A DNA stretch of 64,000 nt, taken from the NCBI GenBank assembly GCA_013239625.1, contig MU054323.1, positions 17,364,029 to 17,428,028 of the forward strand, read 5' to 3'. The stretch comes from Lama guanicoe (taxonomy: Eukaryota). The notes beneath the pieces are model-generated. The model worked only from the letters and a program-made list of their open reading frames with translations, made no database searches and was not told the DNA's origin. Of the stretch, positions 30,277 through 44,983 are shown in pieces; the first letter of the stretch is position 1, and each line of letters begins with the position of its first letter. The position numbers were made by a program, and so were the translations under genes.

Positions 30277-31729
30277 CTAAAATAGCAAATTTCAAGAAAG
30301 AGAAAAAAAATCAACAAGTCACTGAGAATCCAAGCTCTCATTACACAGTTTTATTTTGAGGATAAATTTGCAGAATGGCAAGCACTAAGAAACCATATAT
30401 AAGTTAACAGATGACTTTATGATCAGTTTACTGGTTAAATGCAATACTTAAAAGTCATTTAAAAACTTAATTATCAACATATACAACTGTGAATTAAGAA
30501 TAAAAAATACAGACTATTCTAAACAGAAAGAAAAGTACAAAGAACAGCTTAACAATTCGATTCACCATCTAACTCAAAAAAGCCCAACATTTTATAATAC
30601 TTCAGCTCCTTTTTTAAAGAAATAAAACAGTACAGATGTAATGATCCTCCCAGGCTTCTTTTCAGAAGCTTATTTCTTCTCCTGCTGATCCTCAGAAGAA
30701 ATCAGGAAATCACTATTCTGAATTTGAGTTTCATCATTTCATGTTTGTTTTAATATCATAATTACATACGTATCAAGATATAAGGCTCTATTTTCAAATT
30801 CCATATAAAAATAATATAAATAGTATATTCTTCTGCAATTTAGTTTTTATATTTAAAGTTATTTTAAAATTTTATTCATTTTGATTCATACAGTTCCTTA
30901 CAGTTCATTTATTACAAACTCTGTATAATACTCTACTGTATAAATATTCCTTTCATTAAGGTAATTTAGATTTACATGCAGTTTTAAGAAATGATATGGA
31001 AAAATCCTGTCTGCACACCACCTAGTTTCTTCCAATGGTAACCTCATGCAATAGTGCAGTATCACAATCTGGCCATTGACATTGATGTAGTAAAGTATAA
31101 AATATTTCCATCACCACAAGGACCTCCTGCTGTCCTTTTATAGCCACACCTCCCCTCCCCCATTATAGCCTCCTCTTTAGCTCCCAGGAGCCACTAATCT
31201 CTTCTGCATCTCAATAGTTTTTTTCATTTCAAGAATGTCATATAAAAAAATTACACAGTATACAACTTTTTGGACTTGCTAGATATAATTCTTTAACTTT
31301 TTGAGGAACTGCCAAACTGTTTTCCATAGTAATTGTACCGTTTTACATTCCCACCAGCAAAGTATGAGTGTTCCAACTTCTCCACAACCACGCCAACACT
31401 TGGTATTTTCTTTTTTTAAATTCTAGCCACCTTAGTACATGTGAAGTGGTATTTCACAATGGTTTTGATTTGCATTTCACTAATGACTAATGATGCTAAG
31501 CATCCTTTCATGTGCTTGTTGGATATTTGTGTATCTTCCTTGAAGGAATTCCTATTCAAATTCTTTGCCCATTTTAAAACTGGGTTGTTTGTCTTTTTGC
31601 GAGAGTTCGTTATATACACTGAATATATCAGTGTATACCAGATAACATCAGATATATGATTTGCAAATATTCTGTATGCTGTCTTCACTTTTGATGGTGC
31701 CCTTGCCCTTTTTTAAAAATTGAAGTACA

Positions 31730-31922
31730 TGAACAAGATTATACTGTATAGCACAGGGAAACATATACAGGATCTTGTGGTAGCTCACAGAGAAAAAGAA
31801 TGTGACAATGAATATACGTATGTTCAGGTATAACCGAAAAATTGTGCTCTACAGTGGAAATTGACACAACATTGTAAAATGACTATAACTCAATAAAAAA
31901 AGTGTAAAAAAGAGTGTAAAGC
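31730..31922 (+). mobile_element. Young 5'-truncated L1 3' UTR (camelid-type)
   Basis: aacaagattatactgtatagcacaggg...ttgacacaacattgtaaaatgactataactcaataaaaaa, TSD aaattgaagtaca/aaattgaaataca. Confidence 0.85.
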
Positions 31923-32517
31923 AAATTGAAATACAGGCAACTATAATGTGTCAATCTCTGGTGTACAGCAACAATGACCCAGTCATGCATATACACACAT
32001 ATATTCGTCTTCATATTTGATGGTGCCCTTTGAAGCACAAAAGTTTTAAATGTTAAGTCTAAACTATGTATTTTTTTCTTTTGTAGCTTGTGATTTCAGT
32101 GTCATATCTAAGAATCCTTTGTAAAGCTAAGGTCATGAATACCTACCTATGCTTTCTCCTAAGAGTTTGTTAATTTTAGCTTTTACATTAAGTCTCTGAT
32201 CCATTTTGAGTTCATGCTTATAGACTATTGAGAGCTTTTTGTGTATGATATGAGCTAAGGAAGAAATATTTTCTTTCCATATGGACAACCAGTTTTGACT
32301 CAGCATCACTTATTAATTAGTTTGTTTTTTTCTCTATTGATTAATAATGTAATCTGTCACATATCATGTGTATGTGTACTTTTTCTCAGCTGCATAAAAT
32401 GGACCTTTAAAAATCGAAAATAAGTACTTTCTTTAAATAGGCAAGTTTCATCAGTTTACATATACTGAGTCACTGATGTAGTAGTATAAGGTAACTGGAT
32501 TTATTTGTATCATGCTA

Positions 32518-32686
32518 CAGTTGGCCCTCTGTATCTGCAGGTTCCACATCGGCCAATACAGAAGGTCAACTGTACTATGCCATTTTATATGAGGTTATTT
32601 GAGCATCTATGGATTTTTGACACTAGAGCAGGGATGGGAGGGGGATTTCCGGGAGCCGATCCCCTACGGATACTGAGAGATGACTG
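32518..32686. mobile_element. MER2/Tigger-type MITE
   Basis: TIRs cagttggccctctgtatc ... gatactgagagatgactg, left TA target site. Confidence 0.75.
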
Positions 32687-35339
32687 CATTTTGTTTTCAT
32701 TATCATTGCTTTTCTTTGCTTCATTATTCTTTCCTATTAGCAGTGGAAATACTTAGAAGTGTTACTATAGTTCTTGTACATTGTTAAACTATAGGTAGTA
32801 TCTCTATTCTTCTGGTGATTTTCCCAAACGTTTTAAAAATCAAATATAGTTTGTTATCTATAAATTCTTCTAAATTTTAAAGACAGTTTAAAGTTGTTCA
32901 GTTTTTCTTATGAATACAAGCCCATTTTATGTGTGTAGTTTAACCCTTCCTTTTAAAGTAAGAAAAATACTTCGGTTTTTAAAATACTCAATAGCTTATA
33001 AATTTACCAACACATTTCCCACCATTAGTTCTGGTACTCCTTGACTTCTCTCAGAGTACAACTTTCCTTCTGGCTGAAGAACATCCTCTAATATTTCTTG
33101 TAATAAAGGCCTATGGATAGTAATGTCTCTTGGTCAATGTCTATCTGTTTTTATTTGTTCCTCGCCATTTCCCTCTCATTTTTTGTTAAACTGAGGTACA
33201 ACCTACATGAATTTTGCAATTTGATGAATCTTTACATTAGGTATGCAATCCATCTGTGTAATCACCACCCAGATAAGGAAACAGAAATCCAGCACCTCAG
33301 ACAAACTTCTTCCTGCTCTGTAGTCAACCATTATTCCAACCTCTATTACCAAAGATCTGTTAACGTATTTTTGAACTCCCTACAAACGGACTTACGTAGT
33401 ATTTTGAGTCTTCTTATTTCACTCAACATTATGTTGCCTTTTGTTTTTTATCAGTAGTTCACTCTTTTTTACTGCCATATAGCATTTCACTGTATGAATA
33501 TAACAAAATTATCCATCATGAATAAACCTGCCATGGGCATTGTTGAACATGTCTTTTGACAAACACAGGCACTCATTTTCGTTTGGTATATGCCCAAGAG
33601 TGAAACTGCTGGATCACATGGTATGTTGTATGCTCAGCTTTCACAGATATGCCAAACAGTTCTCCAGTGTCTGTACCAATTTACACCCCCTCCACCAGCA
33701 ATGTAGAGTTCCAACTGCTCCATGGTTTTAAACTACATTTCCTGAATGAATAATGATGTTGAACACCTTTTCTTCTTTTAGGAAATATCTGCTCATATCT
33801 TTTGTCTGTCTTTGAAAAAAAAACTAAGCTGTCTGGTAGTTACAGATCTGTAGAAGTTCTTTACATATTCTGGATATGAATTCTTTATTGGTTACAGATA
33901 CTAGAAATATTGTCTCCCAGTCTATAGCTTGTCTTTTCACTCTCTTAATTTTGTCTATTGATGAACAGATGTTCTTCATTTCTGGAGAATTCTCGATTTT
34001 TATCTCTTCAAATATTGCTTCTCCATCATTCTTTGTCTGAAATTCCTTTTAGATGTATACTGAAACCTTTCAGAATAGCCTTTACTACTCTTAGCTGATC
34101 TTTCATATTCTTATCTTGGTCTCTCTGTGTCATATTCTCACATATTCTCTCTGTGTCATTGTGTGAATTCCTGAATTCTATCTTCCAGTTCACTGATTTT
34201 ATCCTAGAACTAGGTCTGGCAAATGTTATGCTACATAATGAGCTTTTACTTCAATGCTTGTGTATTTATTTCCTAGTATCTCTAACTGTTTCTTTTGATA
34301 CCTACTTGCTCTTGTTTCCTTTCCGCTTGTTTTGTTTCACAATGTTTTCTTTATAAATGAATCATATTCCTTCATTTATCTCTTTGAGCATTCAAAACTT
34401 TTAAACTCTTTGTATATCTATTGTATAAAAGTAATTTCATCTGGAATGAATTCATATTCTAATAGTTGATTTTGTTCGGTATCATTCAAAGTATTAATAT
34501 TTGTCTTATATTTTGGAATTCTGTATTACAGGCTTCTTAGGGGGAGGCTTTTAACTTCTGATTTCCTTTTTTCCTTTCCCATTTCTTTATAAACACTCTT
34601 CCAGACCAGAACCTGCTCTTAAATCTTAAAATGGCTTTTGGGTCTTGGGCTCTGTGATCATACTGGCTTAATATCATGGGATGCTGTGTTAAGTTTTAAG
34701 GTAAATTAGTTATAATGTAGGATTTTTGTCCTCTACCTCCAGTCCACAATTTTCTATAAAATCTTATAGGTAGCAGGTTAGCAGATTTCCCCAGCATCTT
34801 ATTACAGTCAGGGCCTTAGAGTAAGAAATCTTGCTCACTTTCATGGAGCCCATTTAGTCCTCATTATCTTTAAAGCTAAATACTCAGCTACCAGAGCTCA
34901 CTACCTTAAAGTATGTTCCATTTCTGATCTTGTTTTTGAGTCTAATTACGTATATTCCTTTTTTTTTCTTTTAATACTTTATGACATCTATGTGTTTGAA
35001 GTAAGACTGAAGGACTGTAGTGAAGCTTAAACTAGCAAATTATTTTGCTTGAAAGTCTTAAGCTTTTTGTTTTACAAACTCAACTCTGAGTTACAATAAA
35101 ATATATAGTGGATTTTAGAATGAGAACAAAGCAAGAGCTAGAAATTTCAGAATGACTATCAATGCTAATTTATTAGGACTAACTCATATATTTTAACAGT
35201 TGAAATATCAAGAAGAGGGTTACTATTTTTCTACTCCCATGATATCTGAATCACTTAGGTCCTGGACTTGATTTTCCTAGTCACATCATCCATCCTATTC
35301 TAAATAAGAATGCACAGTTATCATATATTGAGTAATTGT

Positions 35340-35540
35340 ATGAGGGTGGTTAAATATTTCAGGTAGGCTATTTTACTTAATCTTCACAGAAATCCTGAGT
35401 CTTATTAATATCCTTATTTTACAAACATAGATAAGGAGGTTTAGAGATGTGAAATAAATTGCCCATGGTCACACACAACTAACGAACAGCAGAGTTTAGA
35501 GTGGAGCACGGGGATCTGACCTCAGGTCCAAGTTCTATGG
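35340..35540 (-). mobile_element. MIR SINE
   Basis: ttaatcttcacag...ccttattttaca...gtgaaataaattgcccatggtcacac. Confidence 0.7.
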
Positions 35541-35999
35541 CCTCTTCATTGACAGGGCATTCACCAACTTTTCTTAGCTTTGCTATGTGAGATAGAAGAT
35601 TAACTGTCAGCTGTCAATGCTTCCCTCTGTGGGATATGCTTTTTCATATCGGATGAGAGACTACTTTATGTTTCATAAAATAACAGAAACGAATGTTGAT
35701 AACGGTCTTATGAAGGAGTAATACAGCTGAGTTACAGTACTATACTAGAAAATGAACTGTTATATTTTAGAAAGATGGCTTGAGAATTTCGTTTCATCAT
35801 GAGTTGTTAAACAATTAACCAACATATCACACTCATCAAGGGTTAATGTGCTTTGTAAACTCATGGCATCAGAAGTAAAAGATTTTGCATGAAATTAAAA
35901 AAAAAGAGTTGAGTACAATTATTAGTCAGCAGTTAATACCTATGTTAGCTGGAAACAAGAATTAAGATCCCAATTTTAATGCAAATGTAAGGCCTGCTA

Positions 36000-36305
<306 letters not shown>

Positions 36306-36375
36306 TTACAAATGTAAGACAATTAAAGAATCCTTTTTGGAAAGATGTACAATTTGCAAATACATTTCTCTACAT

Positions 36376-37200
36376 CACTTGTTCTCCAACGTTTTGGTCT
36401 CAAAACTCTTTCACACTCTTAAAAATTACTCAAAAGTCAAAAGGGCTTTTGTTTATAATTATATCTATCAATGTTATATTAGAAACTAAAACCATGAAAA
36501 TTATAAAGCATTTAATTCACTTAAAAATGATAATAAATAACACTTTTATGAAAACTATGTTTTTCTAAAACAAACAAAAAAACTTAAAAGAAAGGCATTG
36601 TTTTACATTTTTGCAAACCTCTAACATCTATCTTAATAGAAGATACCTGGCTTTTCATTAGTATTTCTTCAGTCAATCTTTTGTGATACACTGTTTTGGT
36701 TAAAGCATATGGAGAAATCTAGCTTTGCAAAGACATGTAGTTGGAAAAGGGAGTGGTATTTTAACAGTCTATTCAAATAACTGTGGGCATCCTTTTCTTT
36801 TTCTGTATTGTTTCTTTACTGAGATATAAGTCACATACCCTTTTAAAGCTACTCAATGGTTTTCACATATTCACTATCAAATTCTAGAACATCTTCATCG
36901 CCCCAAAAAGAAAGGCTGTATCCATGAGGAGCACTCGCCATTCTTCCCCCTCCAACCCAACCCCCAGTCTCTGGCACCAATTAATCTACTTTCTATCTCT
37001 ATGGGTTTGCCTATCTTGGACCTTTCATACATATGGAGTGAATATCCTTTTATGATATCATACAAAAGTCAATGAACGGTAGTTTCGTAAACATTAGCTG
37101 CAATGTGGAATCCGAAACAATATAAATTTTGTACTGATACATTAAAATCCACTGTTCTAGTTTGAACTTTGAATGTTTTATCCAAGTGTGATTTTGTAGT
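36376..37200. mobile_element. hAT Charlie1-type DNA transposon fragment, interrupted by an L1 3' fragment (~36800-37040, minus)
   Basis: Terminus gttctccaacgttttggtctc...acactcttaaaaattact. Charlie-like sequence resumes at ~37040. Confidence 0.7.
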
Positions 37201-37299
37201 GGAATTACTAACTAGTATGGCTAGTTTACAGCTACTATTATATGAAACTCAAACTCTTTTCCTAAGTATTTTTAACAATTATGCGTTCACGAGCAATGT

Positions 37300-37860
37300 G
37301 GGGATTTTATATTTCCACAAACAGTTGCTCTACATTCTTTTCAACATTTGGTACTGGCACTCTTTTTAATTTTATCTTTTCTAATGAGTGTGTAGTAGTA
37401 TCTCATTATGGTCTTAATTTGCATTTTCCTTATGACTACTGATGTTGAGCATCTTCGATGTACTTTTTGGTCACTGATATATCTTCTTTTATAAAGTGTT
37501 CAAATTTTTTGCCCAATTAAAAACAGCAGGCTGTTTTTCTAATTATTGAATGGCAATAGTTCTTTTTTCTGGATACAAGTCCTTTGTTAGATGTAAGTAT
37601 TTCAGATAGGTTCTACTAATTTGTGGCTTACGTTTTATTTTTCTGACAATGAATAGCAAATTTTTCATTTTACTGAAATCCAATTCATTACTTTTTTATT
37701 TTACAGTTCTTAATTTTTGTGTCCTAAGAAATCTTTGCCTATCCTTTACCCCTTTATTTTTTAAAACAATTTTATTAAAATATATTTACATATCATGCAA
37801 TTCACCCATTTAAAGTGAAGAATTCAATGGTTTTTACCATACTTTCAGGTTTGTGCAACT
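37300..37860 (-). mobile_element. Old L1M ORF2-end/3' fragments
   Basis: gtagtagtatctcattatggtcttaatttgcattttccttatgact...gatgttgagcatctt; ttcacccatttaaagtg. Confidence 0.75.
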
Positions 37861-38171
37861 CATAATCTACTCCTTTATTTTTCATTGTTCATTTATTGCC
37901 ATAACTTGAGCCCCAATCTTAGCCTCTGTAGTGAGCACCGCGTCTCCATGAGTCACCTATGTAGCTTCAGTTCCAGAAATTACTAGAATGCAACCTCCCT
38001 CAGACAATCTCAACTATTCTCACTTAGCATTTCTCCAGGACCCAGTTATGCTGGTTTGACTACTATTGTAAGATCAGTAATCGTTCTCTAATTTTCAATG
38101 TTATTGGCTTCTTCCTTTGTGCTCCCCAAAATACCGTTGTCATACTTCTGTTATGGTAATTACCACATTGT

Positions 38172-38262
38172 GATTTTTTTTTTAATGGAGGTATTAGGGA
38201 TTGAACTCAGGACCTTGCGCACACTAAGCATATGCTCTAACCCTGAGCTATATCCCCACAGC
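38172..38262 (-). mobile_element. tRNA-derived SINE (resembles camelid Vic-1)
   Basis: Minus strand reads ggggatatagctcagggttagagcatatgcttagtgtgcgcaaggtcctgagttcaatccctaatacctccatt(a)10: A/B boxes and poly(A). Perfect 18-bp TSD tggtaattaccacattgt at 38154-38171 and 38263-38280. Confidence 0.9.
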
Positions 38263-38707
38263 TGGTAATTACCACATTGTATTGCAATTTAAATTTAAGT
38301 TTACATCTCAGTCTCGTCAAGACTAAACCTGAGGGAAGAAACTGTTTTATATTCATCTTTAAATCCCCACTGCCAAGTATGGAGCCTAACAACGCAGGCA
38401 GCACTGATGAAGTATTGGTTCAGTGATGCAAATGAATCAACTTAAACACAAAAATCTTCCACCTAAACAAGAGGTTTTATTCTTTGGAATATTTAGAAGA
38501 TTCTGTGAATTTATTTGTACTTATACAATCAGTCTAAGTTTGGATTTTGTCTCTTAATTTCTGATGTTTAACTTATTGAACCTGTCGTAGCAATTTTATT
38601 TGTAATCATAGTTGCAATGAATTAAATCCCACAACTTTAAAAAAAATGGGCCAATTAGCAATCATGAACTATACAAATTCAAATCATGAACTATACCTGA
38701 GTTGTCA

Positions 38708-38968
<261 letters not shown>

Positions 38969-39934
38969 CTACATAGAGATATTTAAAAAAGTGTAATAAA
39001 ATATGAACCTGTAGTCAAATTTGAAGTTAAGCACTCTAAAGTTATTATTTGAAAATAGTTCTTAAATGATAAAAAGCAGGCATAAAATTACCTCTTCTTG
39101 GATATAATGCCACTGGCGCCTCCACGGCTTCTGTGACACAGAATTCTACACCTGATATCACAAACTGCCTCTTCCAAATTCTCTGTCAATATCAGTATCT
39201 GTCTGTCTGTCTGTCTCTCATGCTAACCTATTACTTCCAATTTGCTCCAAATCCTGTCTTAGATTTCTCTCTTAATTTCCTGTTTCATACCATTGGCATC
39301 ACCACCTCATTCCAGGGTCTCACATAATTCATATTTAAATAATTCTTACAGCCTTCTAGCTGGCCTCTTTGCCTAAGTTTTTTAGAGACTGATCAAATCA
39401 AGTCCTGTTTTTATCCAAGAAGTCTACTTTTATTACTCTTGCTGAATCTCATCTTTCCCCTTCCATGAATTTCCACAGAATTATCCCAATAACACAATAA
39501 ATTAGTATTTCATCTTGTATTACTTTCTGCTTGTTTCAAAAATATAAATACCCCTTCTTCAATTCTAGAACCTTTTTACACTACTCTTGCATCTCTTCCC
39601 TGTGTGAGCACAAACTATGCACTAAAAAATATTTTATTTATTGTTTCATTTCAAAGTATCAAATATTTTATATTCATTGAAAAGTAATTATTTTAAAGTC
39701 AAATACTTATCACTAAAAATATCAAAACATTTGAAATTCTTTTGCAGATCAGGTAATTCTTATTCTACTTGTTCACATTCTGGAAGAACAAATAAATACT
39801 AAAGCATATTTAAGCAGATTCAGTAATCAGAAAGAATATTCCAAATCAGTAACAGTGGGTAAAAGTGGACTAAAACGCTTCATTAGGAAATATTTTCTTT
39901 CCTGAAAAGTCACTTTTATAAAATGAAAATACTG

Positions 39935-40150
39935 TGGCAGTATAGTGCAATGACTAAGAGCTTTAGACTCAGACCTGGAGTTCAAGTCAAAGCTTTGAAA
40001 CTTCTCGGAAAATTCTGGACCAATTTCTTTTTCTCTCTGAACTTAGCTTCCCTTTTATAAAATGTAGGTAAGAGCAGCTACCTTAGAGGGGCACATAAGG
40101 ACCAAATGAGATATGTCACATATATGCTTAACTTTCAATAAATATTTACT
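39935..40150 (+). mobile_element. MIR SINE
   Basis: ggcagtatagtgcaatgactaagagc...agacctggagttcaagtc...ctctctgaacttagcttccc...ataaaatg. Confidence 0.75.
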
Positions 40151-40562
40151 CTTAATATTATCATAATAAAACCATACAAGCAGTATTTAAAGAAAGCTAG
40201 GTATTGAAATAAAACTGTCAGAAGTTTAGTATTTTTACATTTTCAAAAATTGTCTTCGTGTAAATCCAAAACCTTCTAAGTCTTCTAATCCAAATAAAAT
40301 TTAAGAAATTTGCTAATAATAGACTATTACTGTTATTAACCCTACATGTAGCAACACATAAAAGAAAAGCTGCATGACATGTTTAAACACATTTTAATTT
40401 TAAGTAATACTTTTATTTCCATAAAGTAACCTCTTGAGTTCTTGCTATTAGGTTACTTAAAAGTATGCCCTAACACAAAATACACAATTTTATTCTGTCT
40501 GAATAATATGTTAGCACCCAAGAAGTCACAAATAAAAATTTAAGAACAAAATATAAAGATCA

Positions 40563-40814
<252 letters not shown>

Positions 40815-41412
40815 TTAAGTTTAACTTTTACTGAGGCCTGTGATTATCAGCAGCACTTAATTTTAAGTGGTTCATCTAGGAATAATAAGTATATTGCTAT
40901 TTGAAAATGTAAGCTAAGAAACGGTAAGGCAAAATTACCTATGATCATGTAAAATACTGAAGAAGTACAGATAACTAAACAGATAATCCCTAATCCAGGA
41001 AGGAAGCCCAAATTTAGGGGAGGGGAGAAATGCCCATGGTTACCTAATTCAGAACACCTGGAATTAACCATGACAAAAGAGGTATTTTTCTTTATGCAAA
41101 ACAAGAGTTAACATACTATTGATATCTGAGAATATGTACTATCTTTATACTACTATCCTTCTATCCAAAGGAACCTGCACTTCCCAAAGCCCTAGTGCCA
41201 CATTCCTGGTATCTGGATTGTTTCTATGGAAAAAAATTCATGCTATGTCCTGCTGAACAACAGTAGTTATTAACAGCATGTTAAACAGTCCTTTATTAGA
41301 CTTCAAAGAGAGTATGGGCTTTTGTGGGACTGACCAGATCCTATAGGAAAACAAATTCTATTTTCTAAACAATCCAATTAAGGGAAAAAAACCTGTGAAA
41401 TAAGTCTACTTA

Positions 41413-41514
41413 TAATATTTATAACATTAATGGTGTATAATCTATAAAAATATTGAACACTACGTTGTACATGTAAAACTAATATAGTCAATCAACTATA
41501 CATTAATTCTTAAA
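41413..41514 (+). mobile_element. Short L1 3' tail
   Basis: gttgtacatgtaaaactaatatagtcaatcaactatac; degenerate 15-bp TSD aaataagtctactta / aaagaagtttactta. Confidence 0.65.
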
Positions 41515-42713
41515 AAAGAAGTTTACTTAGAGTTGGGGACAGGCTGCACTTACCTTTAAGAATATGTAAAAACTATTAACTGTTTATAGTAATATGGATG
41601 TATTAATAAAATTATATCCACAACTAGACTTTTAAATTCAACATTCAGAATCATTGAAGCAGCATGCATATACTTCAATTTGTTAATTCTCTTAGAATAT
41701 AGTTAAATGCATAGCTATAAAAATCATGAAAAGAATTATAAGAAGTACACAACTACCAATAGCTTAGTAATGTTCTATAACTTACACTTACTTCCTCAGA
41801 CCAGTTAGTAAGATACAGGCAGATATTTTTAATCAAATAACAAAGGACAAAACGTAACCTTTTAATAGTCTTAATCATCCAAGTGTTCAGCCTTATATCT
41901 TGGAAAAGATCAGAAAGACTTGGATATCCTAACACTATCACTTAGAGTCCTGGGAACTTGGACTAAAAGTTATTTAATCACTTTCTGCCTTAGTTACTTT
42001 ACCAACAAACTGGAGATAATAATTAACTCTGTTGAGTAATAAAACTTAGAGCTAATGCATGCAATCATTAGCATTTTGATTGCATTACAATACATACAAA
42101 AGTATCAGAAGTATTACTAAGGTTTAAATTATAATACCTATATTTTTGGTGTGAGAGTTGATCAATAGTTTGTCATTGTACTAAATAAAACAGAAACTGC
42201 TAGAGTTTCCAGCAGTTATTCTTTCTATTAGTTTCAGAGAGATTCAACTGTCTGACTGACTAATTTACATGACAAATATGACTAGATAGTTTAGGGGATC
42301 TTTAGGGGATTTTTGTTCAAAGATTACACACAGCCTTAGGGCAGTCTCACGTAGGACCCTACATATTTAATGAAGTGAAGCATTAAGATCTGAAGGATTA
42401 TAAGGGCACTTAGGTCTAACTGAAAAGAGAAGAGTTTTACAAGTTCTCTTTGAGGTTGTACTAACACGTGATGAACAAAATCCACAATTACAGAACTTTT
42501 CTTAATCCTTTCAATTCGCTTGAGTATTACTGTTGGTATGAAATTTCTTTACCTCATGTTGCCCAACTTACACTTGCCTATTATCATATCTCCCCTCCCC
42601 ATGATGTAAGTTACTGGAAAAATTAAAATGAGATAATGTCACTCTTCAGTTGACTCTATTAGCCATAAAATTATTATTTGTGTTTAAAAATCATGGGTTA
42701 TATTTTGCTTTTA

Positions 42714-42914
<201 letters not shown>

Positions 42915-44983
42915 TTAAGTAGCGCTCACTTACAACTTACTCTTAAAATCAAAGAGTACTAAAAGCAAGCTTTTCACATGTGGTATAAGTGATACTACAA
43001 ACATACCTAAGCTAGAGAAAACTAACCGCCAGTATCCTACTTTCTTAACTAGGCAATTAAGAGACTAAACATTCCTTGTATTATCTGGGAGGGGATCACA
43101 TTCTGAATTTCAATTTCACTGTGAATAAAGCTAATGACAAGGATACATGGACGCTATTTTAAACACTACTTACATAAAATTTCAAGGAACAAGACCTAAG
43201 CTCAAGAGGCAAATACCTAAACCTAGTTCTCATTTGTCCTTACTTTCAACACCAATTACAAACTAAAATAGCATTCTGCACTTGAAATCTCTAAGAATTT
43301 TTTTCTTTATCCATCATGCAAAGGCACTTGACTTCAAAACTATTTATAAGTCATGGAAATCAGGGGTTTAGATTAGTAATAGCAATTTGGATATACTGTA
43401 GCTTATTATTAGAGTTTCAGTCATCCACATCCACAGGTCATTATTTTTTAACAAAATATTTCATTTTAATGTCCAGCACTTGTTCAGTTAGAAGTTCCAC
43501 TGAAAGTGAAAGAACTCACATTAATGTAAACTAATGTAATTCACTTCAAACAAAAAGTACTTTCATACTCTGTAGTTTTAAAAACTCACTTTGAGGATAG
43601 CAAAATTAAAACCAGTAGAGGTCGCTATTACATAATTTTAACACCAGTATTTTGAATTACTCCAAATTTAACTAGAAAATAGTAATTTGCAAAAACTACT
43701 AGATAAAATTAAACATCACTTTTGATTATGAATGTAAATTTAAAGTCTTGCAGTTGCTATTGAAATGGAAAATAAAGATTGTTATATGATATTCTGGGGG
43801 AAAAGGGAACACTGATTTCAGGAAATGTTAGGAACAAATTCATAAATTGAAAATAGTTTAACCCATTCAAGTTTAATAAATTTTTTTCTTCATCTATGCT
43901 CAAGGCTAAGTCATCTGCCAAATATAAGAAGTATACATTTTAATTCTAATGAAAGAAAATAGTATAGCTGAAAATGGAGTTTACAAACTTTTTCAAATGC
44001 CTACTTGAATAGCTATACATGAAGGTCTAAAATTCTGGGGAAGATCAGCAGGCAAAAAAGGACTGAAAAAAGGAAGAGGGAAAAGGTGAAAAAGAGCACC
44101 TAAAACAAGGATTCTTTGCCTTTTTCCAAGTCAATACCGTAGACCTGCAAGTCCAAAAATGACAATTAAGAGACAACAGTAATTTTACCATGATTCCCAA
44201 TTAAAATTTTCACACTGATGGGTTTAACCCATGGTTAACTGAATAGGTGTAATCACGAGTACAAACGTTATATACATAGTAAACTGGAACAAAGTTTCAT
44301 AAAACAAAACATTCTACTATTATATGCAATGCATTGATATTTACTATTCACTTACAAAGATGTTAATTGGACAATACACTAAAGTGAATTTATAACTTAC
44401 TAATGAGTGATGACCTAGAGTCTAAAAAGCACTGATGTACAGAAAAGCAGCAGAACAGAATAGAAGCTGAACTCAATCTAACAATTCTAGATCTACTTAA
44501 CATAGATCTTTGAAAAAAAAATCATCAGTAGAATTACAAAGGCAAACTGTAGGCAGAGGCTGAGATGGAAGAAAAAAAAAGACAGAATCCCTTCTCATTT
44601 GAATTTTATCCACCTAATTCCAAGTTTACTGTTTGGAGAAAGAAGGAGAAGGAAAATCAAGAATGATAAAAGAGAAGGCAAGAAAGGGAAAGTAATAATA
44701 ATGAAGAACACATTTTAAGCTTAGTTATTATGTATTTACTCCTGGAGCTGTATATTTGGGACGTAATACGAAAGGTCAGAATGTGTGGGAAAAGACTGGT
44801 AGGGTCAAAAAAGATGCCTTGAATGTGGAAAGGCCAAGATGAAAAAATTATCTCTTGTAGTGGCAAATTTAATTATACAGAACAAATTAAATTCTTTTTA
44901 CAATTATCTTACACATACTTTAAAATAAAAGAAGCCCAAGGAAGAATGATCAATGAAAGTTTCATGAATTAAAGTCTATTACT

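Larger units (their letters stand above)
30430..34560 (-). mobile_element. Mosaic of old L1M fragments (ORF2 C-terminus, 3' UTRs, ORF1) with nested younger inserts
   Basis: ORF 31416..31688 (-) translates as degenerate L1 ORF2 (KWAKNLNR..KEDTQ..KHMK..EMQIKT..YHFT). Several L1 3'-UTR motifs. Confidence 0.8.

Noticed and set aside
38172..38262. Functional tRNA gene
   Set aside because: Poly(A) tail, TSD and degenerate stems mark it as a SINE.
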